DNA from: Acidobacteriota bacterium
GTDB lineage: Bacteria; Acidobacteriota; UBA6911
DNA: 64,000 nucleotides
Assembly: GCA_012719355.1 (NCBI GenBank)
Contig: JAAYAM010000161.1
Coordinates: 41,048 to 105,047 of the forward strand
Direction of reading: 5' to 3'
In this document: one piece after another, positions 38,578 to 47,608 of the stretch
Layout: each line of letters starts with the position of its first letter
How positions within the stretch are numbered: the first letter of the stretch is position 1
The notes under the pieces: generated by a model
The model's input: only the letters and a program-made list of their open reading frames with translations
Database searches by the model: none
What the model was told of the DNA's origin: nothing
Program-made: the position numbers and the translations under genes

Positions 38578-39609
38578 ATGAAAAGACTGTTGATAACAGG
38601 CGGAGCGGGCTTTATCGGGTCCAACTTCATCAGGTACATTCTTGCAAAGTATCCCGGGTACCATGTAATCAATCTGGACAAGCTGACCTATGCGGGAAAC
38701 CTGGAAAATCTCTCAGGCCTTGAGAATGATGCGCGCCATGAGTTCATCCAGGGAGACATATGTGACGCGGAAGCCGTGGCCGGAATCCTCCGCAAAGGGA
38801 TTGATTCCGTCATCAACTTCGCGGCCGAGTCACATGTCGACCGCAGCATTCTCAGCTCATCCGAGTTTATCCGCACCAACGTCGTCGGCACCCTTAACCT
38901 GATCGAACTCTGCCGCAAGAACCGTATCGGGCGCTACATCCAGATCTCGACCGATGAAGTTTACGGCAGCCTCGGATCTTCAGGGTTTTTCACCGAAGCC
39001 AGCCCGATTCAGCCGAACAGCCCATATGCGGCAAGCAAGGCGTCGGCTGACATGCTGGTCCGCAGCTATTGCCATACGCACGGGTTTCCCGGCATCATCA
39101 CGCGCTGCTCCAACAACTATGGTCCCTATCAGTTCCCCGAAAAGCTGATCCCCCTTCTTATCAGCAATGCAATCAACGGCTTTCCGCTTCCGATCTATGG
39201 AGATGGCCTGTATGTCCGGGACTGGATCCATGTCCGTGACCACTGTTCCGCCGTTGATGCCGTGCTTCATAACGGAAAACCGGGAGAGGTCTACAATATC
39301 GGCGCTCGGCAGGAACTGCCGAACATCCAGGTAGCCCGGACGATCCTGCGGCTGCTCGGCAAGGATGAGTCTCTCCTCACCTTCGTCGAAGACCGCCCCG
39401 GACATGACCGCCGCTACGCGATTGATCCGTCCAGAATCGAGAAAGAACTGAACTGGCGCGCCCAAACTCTTTTTGATTCAGGCATACGGGAAACGATCGA
39501 CTGGTACCGCAACAACTCCAACTGGATTGAACATGTGCGCAGCGGAGCGTATCTGACGTATTACGACCGGATGTACGGGCAGCGCCATAAAACGCTCTCC
39601 GAGATGTGA
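38578..39609 (+). CDS. rmlB: dTDP-glucose 4,6-dehydratase
   Basis: SDR extended family, TGGAGFIGSN Rossmann motif, YxxxK, RmlB-like throughout. Confidence 0.9.
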   Translation: MKRLLITGGAGFIGSNFIRYILAKYPGYHVINLDKLTYAGNLENLSGLENDARHEFIQGDICDAEAVAGILRKGIDSVINFAAESHVDRSILSSSEFIRTNVVGTLNLIELCRKNRIGRYIQISTDEVYGSLGSSGFFTEASPIQPNSPYAASKASADMLVRSYCHTHGFPGIITRCSNNYGPYQFPEKLIPLLISNAINGFPLPIYGDGLYVRDWIHVRDHCSAVDAVLHNGKPGEVYNIGARQELPNIQVARTILRLLGKDESLLTFVEDRPGHDRRYAIDPSRIEKELNWRAQTLFDSGIRETIDWYRNNSNWIEHVRSGAYLTYYDRMYGQRHKTLSEM

Positions 39610-39615
39610 GAAACG

Positions 39616-40470
39616 ATGCGCATTCTCGTTGTCGGCTGCAGTGGGATGCTGGGGACTGAACTCGTGGCTGCTTTCGGTACCGGACACGAGGTCGAGGGAA
39701 TCGATCTGCCGAGAATCGACATTACAGACCCCGGACGGTGCCTGGCGGCAGCAGAAGACCTGAAGCCTGAGGTTATAGTCAATGCGGCGGCATTCACCCG
39801 CGTCGATGACTGCGAAACCATGCGCGATAAGGCGCTGCAGGTGAACGGCTATGGGGCAGGAAACCTGTCTGCCGCGGCCGCTGCATCGGGAGCCCTGCTC
39901 GTCCACTACAGCAGCGATTACGTATTCGACGGACTCAAAGGCGAACCCTACGTCGAGGAGGACCCACCCAATCCGCAGAGCGTCTATGGCCAATCGAAAC
40001 TGCTTGGGGAGGTGATGGTACGTAAGCACTGCCCGAACCATCTGATCATCCGCACTTCCTGGCTGTTCGGCACCAACGGTCCCAACTTCGTCCGCACGAT
40101 TGTAGGGCTTGCCCGTAAAGGCTCGATGCTTCGGGTGGTAGATGACCAGAGAGGTAGCCCCACCTATGCAAAGGATCTGGCGATTCAGACCGTGAAGATG
40201 GTCGAAGCCGGCTGCAGGTCAACGTATCACGTAACCAACAGCGGATCCTGCACGTGGTTTGAGCTCGCATCAAAAGCCGTCGAATGGTCTGGAATGCCGA
40301 ACGCGCCCATTACCCCCGTCTCAACCCAGGAATTCCCCAGGCCCGCACCGCGCCCGTCAAATTCTGTTCTTTCCAACTGCCGGCTGGCACAGCAGGGTCT
40401 GAGCATCATGCGGCCATGGCAGTCGGCTGTCCGGGAATATGTCGAGAAAGAATTCCACGGGACGGCTTAA
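39616..40470 (+). CDS. rmlD: dTDP-4-dehydrorhamnose reductase
   Basis: RmlD-like SDR ([13 protein letters not shown]...). Confidence 0.85.
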   Translation: MRILVVGCSGMLGTELVAAFGTGHEVEGIDLPRIDITDPGRCLAAAEDLKPEVIVNAAAFTRVDDCETMRDKALQVNGYGAGNLSAAAAASGALLVHYSSDYVFDGLKGEPYVEEDPPNPQSVYGQSKLLGEVMVRKHCPNHLIIRTSWLFGTNGPNFVRTIVGLARKGSMLRVVDDQRGSPTYAKDLAIQTVKMVEAGCRSTYHVTNSGSCTWFELASKAVEWSGMPNAPITPVSTQEFPRPAPRPSNSVLSNCRLAQQGLSIMRPWQSAVREYVEKEFHGTA

Positions 40471-40517
40471 ATACTCTCCACCGCTTCTGTATACTGAACA
40501 GTTTTGTGAATTCTGCA

Positions 40518-40985
40518 ATGGCCAAGAAACAGACAGGAGAAAAACTGATCGCATCAAACAAGAAGGCGTTCCACGACTACTTCATCCTGGAGAAGTATGA
40601 AGCGGGCATCTCGCTGCTCGGGACGGAAGTAAAGGCCATCCGGGAGGGGCGGCTCAACCTGAAGGACAGTTACGCGATGATCCGGTCGGGAGAGGCTTTT
40701 CTCCTGAACTGCCATATCAGTCCCTATTCTCATGGCAACAGGGAAAACCACGAACCTACCAGGACCCGAAAACTGCTGCTGCACCAGGGGGAGATCCGAA
40801 AACTGATCGGCAAGACGCAGGAGAAGGGTTTGACACTGGTTCCACTGCGCGTTTACCTGAAACGCGGAAAGGTGAAGGTCGAACTCGGAGTGGCCAGGGG
40901 AAAGAAGCTGATTGACAAGCGCGAGACGGAGCGGCGAAAAGAAGCGGACCGTGAAGCCAGATCGGCAATGAAGAGCAGACGCTGA
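40518..40985 (+). CDS. smpB: SsrA-binding protein SmpB
   Basis: Strong SmpB similarity ([32 protein letters not shown]...); start at ATG 40518 rather than the long upstream ORF extension. Confidence 0.9.
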   Translation: MAKKQTGEKLIASNKKAFHDYFILEKYEAGISLLGTEVKAIREGRLNLKDSYAMIRSGEAFLLNCHISPYSHGNRENHEPTRTRKLLLHQGEIRKLIGKTQEKGLTLVPLRVYLKRGKVKVELGVARGKKLIDKRETERRKEADREARSAMKSRR

Positions 40986-41054
40986 TTTATCATCAAATTG
41001 ACGTGAGCACCCCAAATCCGGAGCCGCTCACCTATTCAGGTACCGGAGGAGTCT

Positions 41055-42542
41055 ATGCAGATCGAGCTGCGAGTCGAACAATACCCCCTGATTGCATGTG
41101 ACATGCTGGCTTTTCCGATTTTCGAAGACGAGACTGACAATTCTACTGCGCTGGAGCCGCTGGACAGGATAACGAACGGGGTTCTCAAGGCGGTTCTGTC
41201 CTCGGGAGAGTTCAGGCCCGAACTGCATAAGTCTCTGAAGATATATCGACCCACAGGTATTCAGGCCCGATACCTGCTGCTGGTGGGAGCCGGAAAGAAA
41301 GCTGCATTCGAGCCGTCGAAACTTCGCGAAATAGCCGGCGTCGCCGTGCGCAACGCAAGATCCAGTTCGTGCAAGACAGTGGCTTTCATGTGCCGAGGCG
41401 TCCATCCGGCGGGAATCGCCGCCCGAGCGGCTACCGAAGGGGCGCTGTACGCTGATTATGAATCAGACTTTTACAAAACGACTGAGAATGAACAAAAGGG
41501 TCTTGAAAGCTTCCTGCTCTTATTCGAAGAGGAGAAACCCCTGGAAGAAATCCGGGAGGGGATCCGGCGGGGGAACATCGTCGGCGATGCAACTAATTTT
41601 GCGCGCACCCTGGGGAATGAACCATCGAACATCCTGACACCCGCGGAGTTTGCAGAACGCGCCCTCGCCAGGGGAACCAGAGCAGGTCTCAGCGTTCAGA
41701 TCATCGAGCGGAAAGAGATCGAGAAGCTTGGAATGAACGCACTGCTCGCGGTCAGCCGCGGCAGCGAAGAGCCTCCAAAGCTGATCATCCTGAGAATGGA
41801 CAACGCCGGCCGAAAAAAAGCGGACAGTGAGCCTCTGTGGGCCCTGGTAGGCAAAGGAGTGACTTTCGACAGCGGCGGCATCTCAATAAAGCCCTCAGAG
41901 AAGATGGAGGAGATGAAGGGAGACATGTCAGGCGGCGCCGCGGTCCTGGCGACCATGATAGCACTCGCACAACTCCCGTCCCCACGCAATGTGATGGGAC
42001 TGATTCCGGCAGTTGAGAATCTGCCGAGCGGGAAGGCGACCAAACCGGGCGACGTGGTTCGATCTCATCTGGGGAAGACTATCGAGATCATCAATACCGA
42101 TGCCGAAGGGAGACTCATTCTTGCAGATGCCATGGCCTACGCCCGCACCCTTGGGGCAAGCCGGATAATAGATGTGGCAACCCTCACCGGTGCCTGCATC
42201 GTAGCACTGGGACAGGTGAACGCAGGCATGATGGGAACAGACCAGGAAACCATGGACAGGCTTCGCAGCAACTGCCGGATCACGGGAGAGGGACTGTGGC
42301 AGCTCCCGCTCGATGACGAGTACCGCAAGGCGATACGTAGCGACATCGCCGACATGAAGAACGTCGGCGACCGCAGGGCAGGCGCGATTACGGCTGCAAA
42401 ATTCCTGCAGGAGTTTGCCGAAGAGACTCCGTGGGTTCATCTCGACATCGCAGGAACCGATCTCGACACCGAGGGCCGTCCCTTCGCATGCAAAGGGGCC
42501 ACCGGATACGGCGTTCGCACGCTTGTGCAGTTGCTGGAGTAA
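41055..42542 (+). CDS. pepA: leucyl aminopeptidase (M17)
   Basis: NTDAEGRLILADA signature and M17 catalytic domain. Confidence 0.9.
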   Translation: MQIELRVEQYPLIACDMLAFPIFEDETDNSTALEPLDRITNGVLKAVLSSGEFRPELHKSLKIYRPTGIQARYLLLVGAGKKAAFEPSKLREIAGVAVRNARSSSCKTVAFMCRGVHPAGIAARAATEGALYADYESDFYKTTENEQKGLESFLLLFEEEKPLEEIREGIRRGNIVGDATNFARTLGNEPSNILTPAEFAERALARGTRAGLSVQIIERKEIEKLGMNALLAVSRGSEEPPKLIILRMDNAGRKKADSEPLWALVGKGVTFDSGGISIKPSEKMEEMKGDMSGGAAVLATMIALAQLPSPRNVMGLIPAVENLPSGKATKPGDVVRSHLGKTIEIINTDAEGRLILADAMAYARTLGASRIIDVATLTGACIVALGQVNAGMMGTDQETMDRLRSNCRITGEGLWQLPLDDEYRKAIRSDIADMKNVGDRRAGAITAAKFLQEFAEETPWVHLDIAGTDLDTEGRPFACKGATGYGVRTLVQLLE

Positions 42543-42568
42543 ACACAGATCGCAACACCATAGTGTCT

Positions 42569-43573
42569 CTACGGAACGCGGGGTGTGGCAAGCCTGAGCG
42601 CCCAGCGGATAGCCGAATTCATGCTGTCGTGGCGGGCAATCCCTTTGCCCGCTATCTCAAATGCGGTGCCGTGATCTACTGAAGTCCTGACAAACGGCAG
42701 GCCCAGAGTCACGTTGACCGACTCGCCGAAGCCAACCAGTTTGATGGGAGCCAGCCCCTGGTCGTGATATATGGCCAGAACGACGTCGAATTCACCGTTG
42801 TATGCTCTCCAGAACAGCGTGTCGGCCGGCAGCGGTCCCTCGATAACTGATTCAGGAAAGTCCGCCCGAGCCCTCCTGATCGCGGGAATGAATCGTTCGA
42901 CTTCTTCACTCCCCATAATTCCGCCTTCTCCGGCATGCGGATTGAGTCCCGCAACCGCCACCCTGCTGCACGGCAGCCGCAGACGCGGAAACTCGGTCAA
43001 TATGACACGCAGTTTTCGGTAAAGCAGGTCGGACGTGGCCAGGTCGACCGCAACCCTCAGCGGAACATGTATGGTCGCGAGCACCACCTTCAGGCGCTCG
43101 GTGAGGAATGCCATGGCGATCTCGGGAGTCCGGGTTATGTGAGCGAGAAACTCCGTGTGGCCGGGAAATTCGTAGCCCGCTTCCTGGAAGTGCTTCTTGT
43201 TCAGAGGGGCCGTCACCATTGCGTGCAGAATCCCCCGTTGACAAGCTGAAGCACACTGGATGATGTTTCTGGCAGCGGCATCGCCGGTCGCCCTTGATCC
43301 GACGCCAGACATGACGGCTTCCGTCGGGACATCCACTATCACGCGGTCAGGAAGATCGTCAGTTCCGGCAAGTCCATCGAGTGAGAGCATCTCGAAGTCA
43401 AACGACAGCCCCATCTCTGCGGCCCGCGACCGCAGTAGTTCCCAGCAGCCAAACAAGACCAGCCGGCAGGTCCCCTTGAATTCCCGCTCGCTGGCCGCGC
43501 GCAGCGAGATCTCCGGTCCTATTCCGGCTGGATCGCCTGTTGTGATACCTAGTTGGGGAAGAATAGCTTGAAT
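42569..43573 (-). CDS. pdxA: 4-hydroxythreonine-4-phosphate dehydrogenase PdxA (start codon unresolved)
   Basis: NPHAGEGG motif and full-length PdxA similarity; the conserved N-terminal ITTGDPAGIGPE is encoded in-frame upstream of the first TTG/ATG, with no ATG/GTG/TTG before an upstream in-frame stop near 43628. Confidence 0.7.
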   Translation of the reverse strand: MQAILPQLGITTGDPAGIGPEISLRAASEREFKGTCRLVLFGCWELLRSRAAEMGLSFDFEMLSLDGLAGTDDLPDRVIVDVPTEAVMSGVGSRATGDAAARNIIQCASACQRGILHAMVTAPLNKKHFQEAGYEFPGHTEFLAHITRTPEIAMAFLTERLKVVLATIHVPLRVAVDLATSDLLYRKLRVILTEFPRLRLPCSRVAVAGLNPHAGEGGIMGSEEVERFIPAIRRARADFPESVIEGPLPADTLFWRAYNGEFDVVLAIYHDQGLAPIKLVGFGESVNVTLGLPFVRTSVDHGTAFEIAGKGIARHDSMNSAIRWALRLATPRVP

Positions 43574-43655
43574 CCTGGCGAGATTGCCACCCCCTGAAAC
43601 CGGGCGGTGTGAAAGTGTAATGCTAAGTCATTCCCATGCCGAGCATCCATGTACC

Positions 43656-43982
43656 CTACTCCAGATCAACCTCATCTGGTTCCTGATCTTCGTTCTGCTT
43701 GTACATGTATTTGATCACATGCTTCAAAATCAGAAGATTCGGCCCATCACTGCGGTGCACTTTGATGCAGTTCTTGTCGTACCATTCGATGACTCCCCTT
43801 ATCTCCTCGCCGTCAGTCAACTTGACGATCATCGGTGTCTTGGCAGCCATCTGTTTGATGTAATAATAGTTTTCCGCGTTGGTCACTTCAGGTGGAACGC
43901 GTTTCCGAGGCACCGGTCCATAACGGGGCATCTGGTCCTTAATTTCGGACAAGCTCGGACGAATAAGTTTCCGGTTAACCAT
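43656..43982 (-). CDS. Sm-like (Hfq-like) RNA-binding protein, divergent
   Basis: 108-aa ORF; segment [44 protein letters not shown] resembles the Sm1/Sm2 motifs of Hfq; acidic tail. Confidence 0.5.
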   Translation of the reverse strand: MVNRKLIRPSLSEIKDQMPRYGPVPRKRVPPEVTNAENYYYIKQMAAKTPMIVKLTDGEEIRGVIEWYDKNCIKVHRSDGPNLLILKHVIKYMYKQNEDQEPDEVDLE

Positions 43983-44105
43983 TTAACGTCCTCCAGGGGA
44001 GGTTTAGAAATATAGCGATCTTCCGCGAGCAATACGTAACTGTTTAAAGTACGAAGCGTGCGATCGAAGCCGATTTAAAGCCAATTGTAGTATCACAAAC
44101 GATCT

Positions 44106-44134
44106 TTGACAAGCTAAAATTAATTCGCTAAATT
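44106..44134 (+). promoter_or_regulatory. putative sigma70 promoter (TTGACA-17nt-TAAATT) placing the transcription start at or near the TPR gene ATG (possible leaderless mRNA)
   Basis: -35 at 44106-44111, -10 at 44129-44134, ATG at 44144 with no recognisable RBS. Confidence 0.35.
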
Positions 44135-44143
44135 TGCCATATA

Positions 44144-44608
44144 ATGAACTTAGAAATCAAGCCGCGAACAGGGAACACGTCATTTACTACACGACTCGTT
44201 CTTCGTAATTGTCTCATTATTTTCCTGTTGCTGTCTGCAGCCCCAGCTCCGGCTCAGTCACGGAGACCCGAGTTGATCCGGGACACGGACGTCGCAGAAG
44301 GGACCGTAGTCCCCGAGCAGCCGGGGAAGAAGGAACCGGATCCTCTGCTGTCTCTGCAGAACCTGAATATCGGGAATTTCTATTATAAAAGGAAGAACTA
44401 TGACGCCGCCATCCAGAGATATCTGGAGGCACTGGAATATCAGCCGGATTCGGTCGAGGTGTACGAGGCCCTTACCCGGGCCTATGAAAAAAAAGGAGAC
44501 CGGACAAGCGCGATCAAGACATACCGGGAGTTTATTGAGAAGTACCCAGACTCTCCCAAGTCGCCTCAGTTCCGTGAGAAACTTGCCCGCCTGGAGGAAG
44601 GACTCTGA
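44144..44608 (+). CDS. secreted TPR-repeat protein
   Basis: Signal peptide and 2-3 TPR repeats (NIGNFYYKRKNYDAAIQRYLEALEYQPD...). Confidence 0.6.
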   Translation: MNLEIKPRTGNTSFTTRLVLRNCLIIFLLLSAAPAPAQSRRPELIRDTDVAEGTVVPEQPGKKEPDPLLSLQNLNIGNFYYKRKNYDAAIQRYLEALEYQPDSVEVYEALTRAYEKKGDRTSAIKTYREFIEKYPDSPKSPQFREKLARLEEGL

Positions 44609-44617
44609 CGGGAGGTC

Positions 44618-45700
44618 TCAGCGCTTTCCTGCAAATCCGAGGAACATCGCTTCCAAAGCCAGCTGGCGGTTTACGTTGAACTGAAGATCGCCTTTGAGCT
44701 TGTTTACGGCGTTTATCGCCCCTACCACCCTGGAGCGGTCCACGGCGGCGGCCACTTCTTCCATTTTTCCAAGCAGTTCCCTCTCGCCGACACGTTCGGG
44801 CGCCAGCATGACGAAGTAGATGTCTCGCAAGAGCGCAGCTACCGATTCGACCCATCGCTCGAAATGCTCTTTGTCCTTTGTGACCTGAACGGCGATGGCG
44901 CTGGCATCGGAAAACCTACCCTGCTTGAGGAGCAGCACAACAAAGTGAAACGCCAGCCTGCGGATTTCGCGGTACTCTTCGGTGTTGAAGCCCAGGGCGG
45001 CTGCCAGCCTGCCCCCGCTCAGCGCGGCAGCAAGGCGGCTGTCTTCCACGGTTCTCCCCTGCTGTTCGAAAAGGTACTTTTCGATCCGCTCCGGCGAAAT
45101 TTCGCCGAACTGCAGCACGCGGGACCGGGAGCGTATCGTCTGAAGCAGCACGTACGGATTCGTTGTGACCAGAATGATAACCGTACGGCTCGCCGGTTCC
45201 TCCAGAGTCTTGAGCAGGCTGTTTTGAGCTTCGGCACGCATTTGTTCGGCAGGATCGAGAATGACAACCCTGTACCGGGCCTCAAGAGGCTGGAAGGCGA
45301 TCTCATTGATCAATTCACGCACCTGGCCGATACTGATCGTCGTCTTCTCCGGCTCCACAAGCCTGATATCAGGATGGCGGCGGGTCCTGATCCTGCAGTG
45401 TGCACAACTGCCGCAGAATCCATCGTCCGCCTTGAGGCATTTCAGATAGCGGCTTTCAATTACGGCCATGATCCTGGTGCAGACAGAGCACTTGCCGCAG
45501 GATCCGTCATCGCGTGGAGCGAGGCAGTTCAGGTATTGCGCGATCAGCAGCGCAAGCGTGCACTTGCCGACCCCTTCCGGCCCGGCAAATATCATGGCAT
45601 GCGGGAGACGGTCCCGGGCTATTGCGCGTTTCAGAACATCGACGACTCGCGCGTTGCCGATGAATTCATCCAGACTGCCGGGCACTCTCCTCAGAGCCAT
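44618..45700 (-). CDS. holB: DNA polymerase III subunit delta' (HolB) with duplicated zinc module
   Basis: AAA+ clamp-loader fold (FAGPEGVGK), two tandem C-x7/8-C-x2-C-x2-C modules. Confidence 0.85.
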   Translation of the reverse strand: MALRRVPGSLDEFIGNARVVDVLKRAIARDRLPHAMIFAGPEGVGKCTLALLIAQYLNCLAPRDDGSCGKCSVCTRIMAVIESRYLKCLKADDGFCGSCAHCRIRTRRHPDIRLVEPEKTTISIGQVRELINEIAFQPLEARYRVVILDPAEQMRAEAQNSLLKTLEEPASRTVIILVTTNPYVLLQTIRSRSRVLQFGEISPERIEKYLFEQQGRTVEDSRLAAALSGGRLAAALGFNTEEYREIRRLAFHFVVLLLKQGRFSDASAIAVQVTKDKEHFERWVESVAALLRDIYFVMLAPERVGERELLGKMEEVAAAVDRSRVVGAINAVNKLKGDLQFNVNRQLALEAMFLGFAGKR

Positions 45701-46317
45701 TGATCAAGCAGCCCCCTGATTCTCGAAAAGACTTCATCCGGAGTACCTGAAGCAGGGACGATTGATATCCTCTCGGGATGCAGCGCGGCAAGTTCGAGAT
45801 ACGCCCCTCTCACTCTTGTATGAAACGCCAGGTCCTCCGCCTCAAATCTCCCCTCCGACTCGGCTGTGCCGGAAAGGAGGTTGCGCGTCCGTGCCCGGCC
45901 AAGTCCCTCTTCTGCAGCCAGATCGAGCAAAATAGTTCTGTCTGGTTCCCGTATTCCCAGGACTTGCGAGAGCTTCTCGATTTCGGCACCGGAGACTCCG
46001 CGCGCGGCTCCCTGATAAGCCCGCGTCGCGTCCTGATACCGATCTGAAAGGACCACGACCCCTCGAGCGAGCGCCGGTTCGATGACCTCCTTGAGATGCT
46101 GATACCGGTCTGCCAGGTAGAGGAGTACTTCGCACCACGGTTCAATACTGTAGCCGTTGGTTCCCAGAAGGATTTTGCGCAGCTCAATGCCGAATCCTGT
46201 GCCCCCCGGCTCCCTGGTACCGAGGCAGTCTATCCCCTTCTCCTTCAGATACGCCGCCGACCGGGCTATCTGCAGGCTCTTGCCCGAACCTTCGATTCCT
46301 TCAAACGTAATGAACAC
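45691..46317 (-). CDS. tmk: thymidylate kinase
   Basis: FITFEGIEGSGKS P-loop, DRY-like motif; GTG start. Confidence 0.9.
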   Translation of the reverse strand: MFITFEGIEGSGKSLQIARSAAYLKEKGIDCLGTREPGGTGFGIELRKILLGTNGYSIEPWCEVLLYLADRYQHLKEVIEPALARGVVVLSDRYQDATRAYQGAARGVSGAEIEKLSQVLGIREPDRTILLDLAAEEGLGRARTRNLLSGTAESEGRFEAEDLAFHTRVRGAYLELAALHPERISIVPASGTPDEVFSRIRGLLDQWL

Positions 46318-46490
46318 AAGAATTCTTGCCCGCCAGGAATAAGATCTTTAGAATTGCCTTTGCTTCAAGAGCAACCAGAGTAACAGAGCCCGCAGCCCAA
46401 CTCAACGCGAATCACCGCCTTGAGGAAGCGTGGAGGAAGTGCGGACGTATAATGCTTCTATCGGGCGGTGACGCAGAGGGAAGTGGCACG

Positions 46491-47186
46491 ATGAACTACA
46501 TTGCGCAGAATATCCGCGAGATCTGGGAGAGGATTTCCCAGGCCGCAGCCAGGGCCGGCCGTCTGCCCCACGAAATCACGCTGCTTGCCATCAGCAAGAC
46601 CTTCCCGGAGGAGGCAATCGCTCAGGCTGCCGGAGCGGGGCTCCTCAAGTTTGGAGAGAATCGGGTTCAGGAGGCGGAACGTAAGATTCCGCAACTCAGG
46701 CAAATCCAAAGGCTCGAGTGGCATCTTGTGGGTCATCTCCAGACAAACAAGGCTCGACGGGCGGCAGAGCTTTTCGACATGATCCATTCGGTGGACAGCA
46801 TCAGGCTTGCGTCCAAGCTCAACCAAGCCTGTCTCGAAACGGGCAAAGTACTTCCAGTACTGCTCCAGGTTGATCTTGGGGAGGAGGAGACCAAGTTCGG
46901 TGCCGCCTTGCAGGAGCTACCGGAGATGGTGGATGCGTTTTCAGCCTTCCGCGGACTTCGACTCGACGGGCTTATGACTATTCCTCCTTTCCTGGAACAG
47001 CCGGATCAGGTCCGGCCTTATTTCGCGAAACTGCGCGGACTGAAGGAAACGCTCGAACGAGAGCGGCCCGGTTGTCTGGGACAAGGACACCTCTCGATGG
47101 GAATGAGTCATGATTTCGAGCAGGCAATCGAGGAAGGAGCAACCATCGTGCGGATCGGCAGCGCGATTTTCGGACAAAGACAATGA
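46491..47186 (+). CDS. yggS: YggS family pyridoxal phosphate homeostasis protein
   Basis: Alanine-racemase N-terminal TIM-barrel-like fold (LLAISKT PLP-Lys region); GAGGGAAG RBS at the internal ATG. Confidence 0.85.
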   Translation: MNYIAQNIREIWERISQAAARAGRLPHEITLLAISKTFPEEAIAQAAGAGLLKFGENRVQEAERKIPQLRQIQRLEWHLVGHLQTNKARRAAELFDMIHSVDSIRLASKLNQACLETGKVLPVLLQVDLGEEETKFGAALQELPEMVDAFSAFRGLRLDGLMTIPPFLEQPDQVRPYFAKLRGLKETLERERPGCLGQGHLSMGMSHDFEQAIEEGATIVRIGSAIFGQRQ

Positions 47187-47488
47187 ATATCACGGATCTG
47201 CAGGTTCGCGCCACTGAAACCGGACTCGAAGTCCGTCTTCACATTCAGCCCCGTGCCAAGCGTCCGGGGATTGCCGGTATCCATAACGGCGCATTGAAGA
47301 TAAAGGTCACCGCACCGCCGGTTGACGATGCGGCAAACCGCGCAGTCATCGAGTTTTTCGCAACTCTTCTCGAGATCCCGAAGTCGAGCATCCAGATAGT
47401 CTCGGGCTTGAAAGCGAGAGAGAAGACTCTGGAAATAAGGGGCTTATCCCGGAGCGACTTTTTTGTCCGCGCCGGTCTCACTCCCTGA
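47183..47488 (+). CDS. yggU: DUF167 (YggU) family protein
   Basis: LKIKVTAPPVDDAANRAVIEFFATLL signature; ATGA overlap with yggS. Confidence 0.8.
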   Translation: MNITDLQVRATETGLEVRLHIQPRAKRPGIAGIHNGALKIKVTAPPVDDAANRAVIEFFATLLEIPKSSIQIVSGLKAREKTLEIRGLSRSDFFVRAGLTP

Positions 47489-47502
47489 GGTCTCCGCCGG
47501 GT

Positions 47503-47608
47503 TGTGGAAAAAACTGTGGAAAGCGCTGTGGATTCAGACACCTAACCGTTGGTTTTATGAGGTTTATCCCATTTATCCACAGGAATGGGTTCAGGGTGTG
47601 GAAAAAAC
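47503..47608. repeat. three tandem 12-bp TGTGGA-type units plus a fourth identical copy about 94 nt downstream, with an adjacent 7-bp stem hairpin
   Basis: TGTGGAAAAAAC / TGTGGAAAGCGC / TGTGGATTCAGA at about 47503, 47515, 47527, and TGTGGAAAAAAC again at about 47597, embedded in TCAGGGT-GTGGAAAAA-ACCCTGA. Confidence 0.5.

Noticed and set aside
40284-40517. N-terminal extension of the smpB ORF
   Set aside because: SmpB homology begins at MAKKQT (ATG 40518). The extension overlaps the rmlD 3' end and has no homology.
47503-47608. Possible CRISPR array
   Set aside because: Only three tandem 12-bp units with no spacers of CRISPR length and no cas genes; reported as a short tandem repeat instead.
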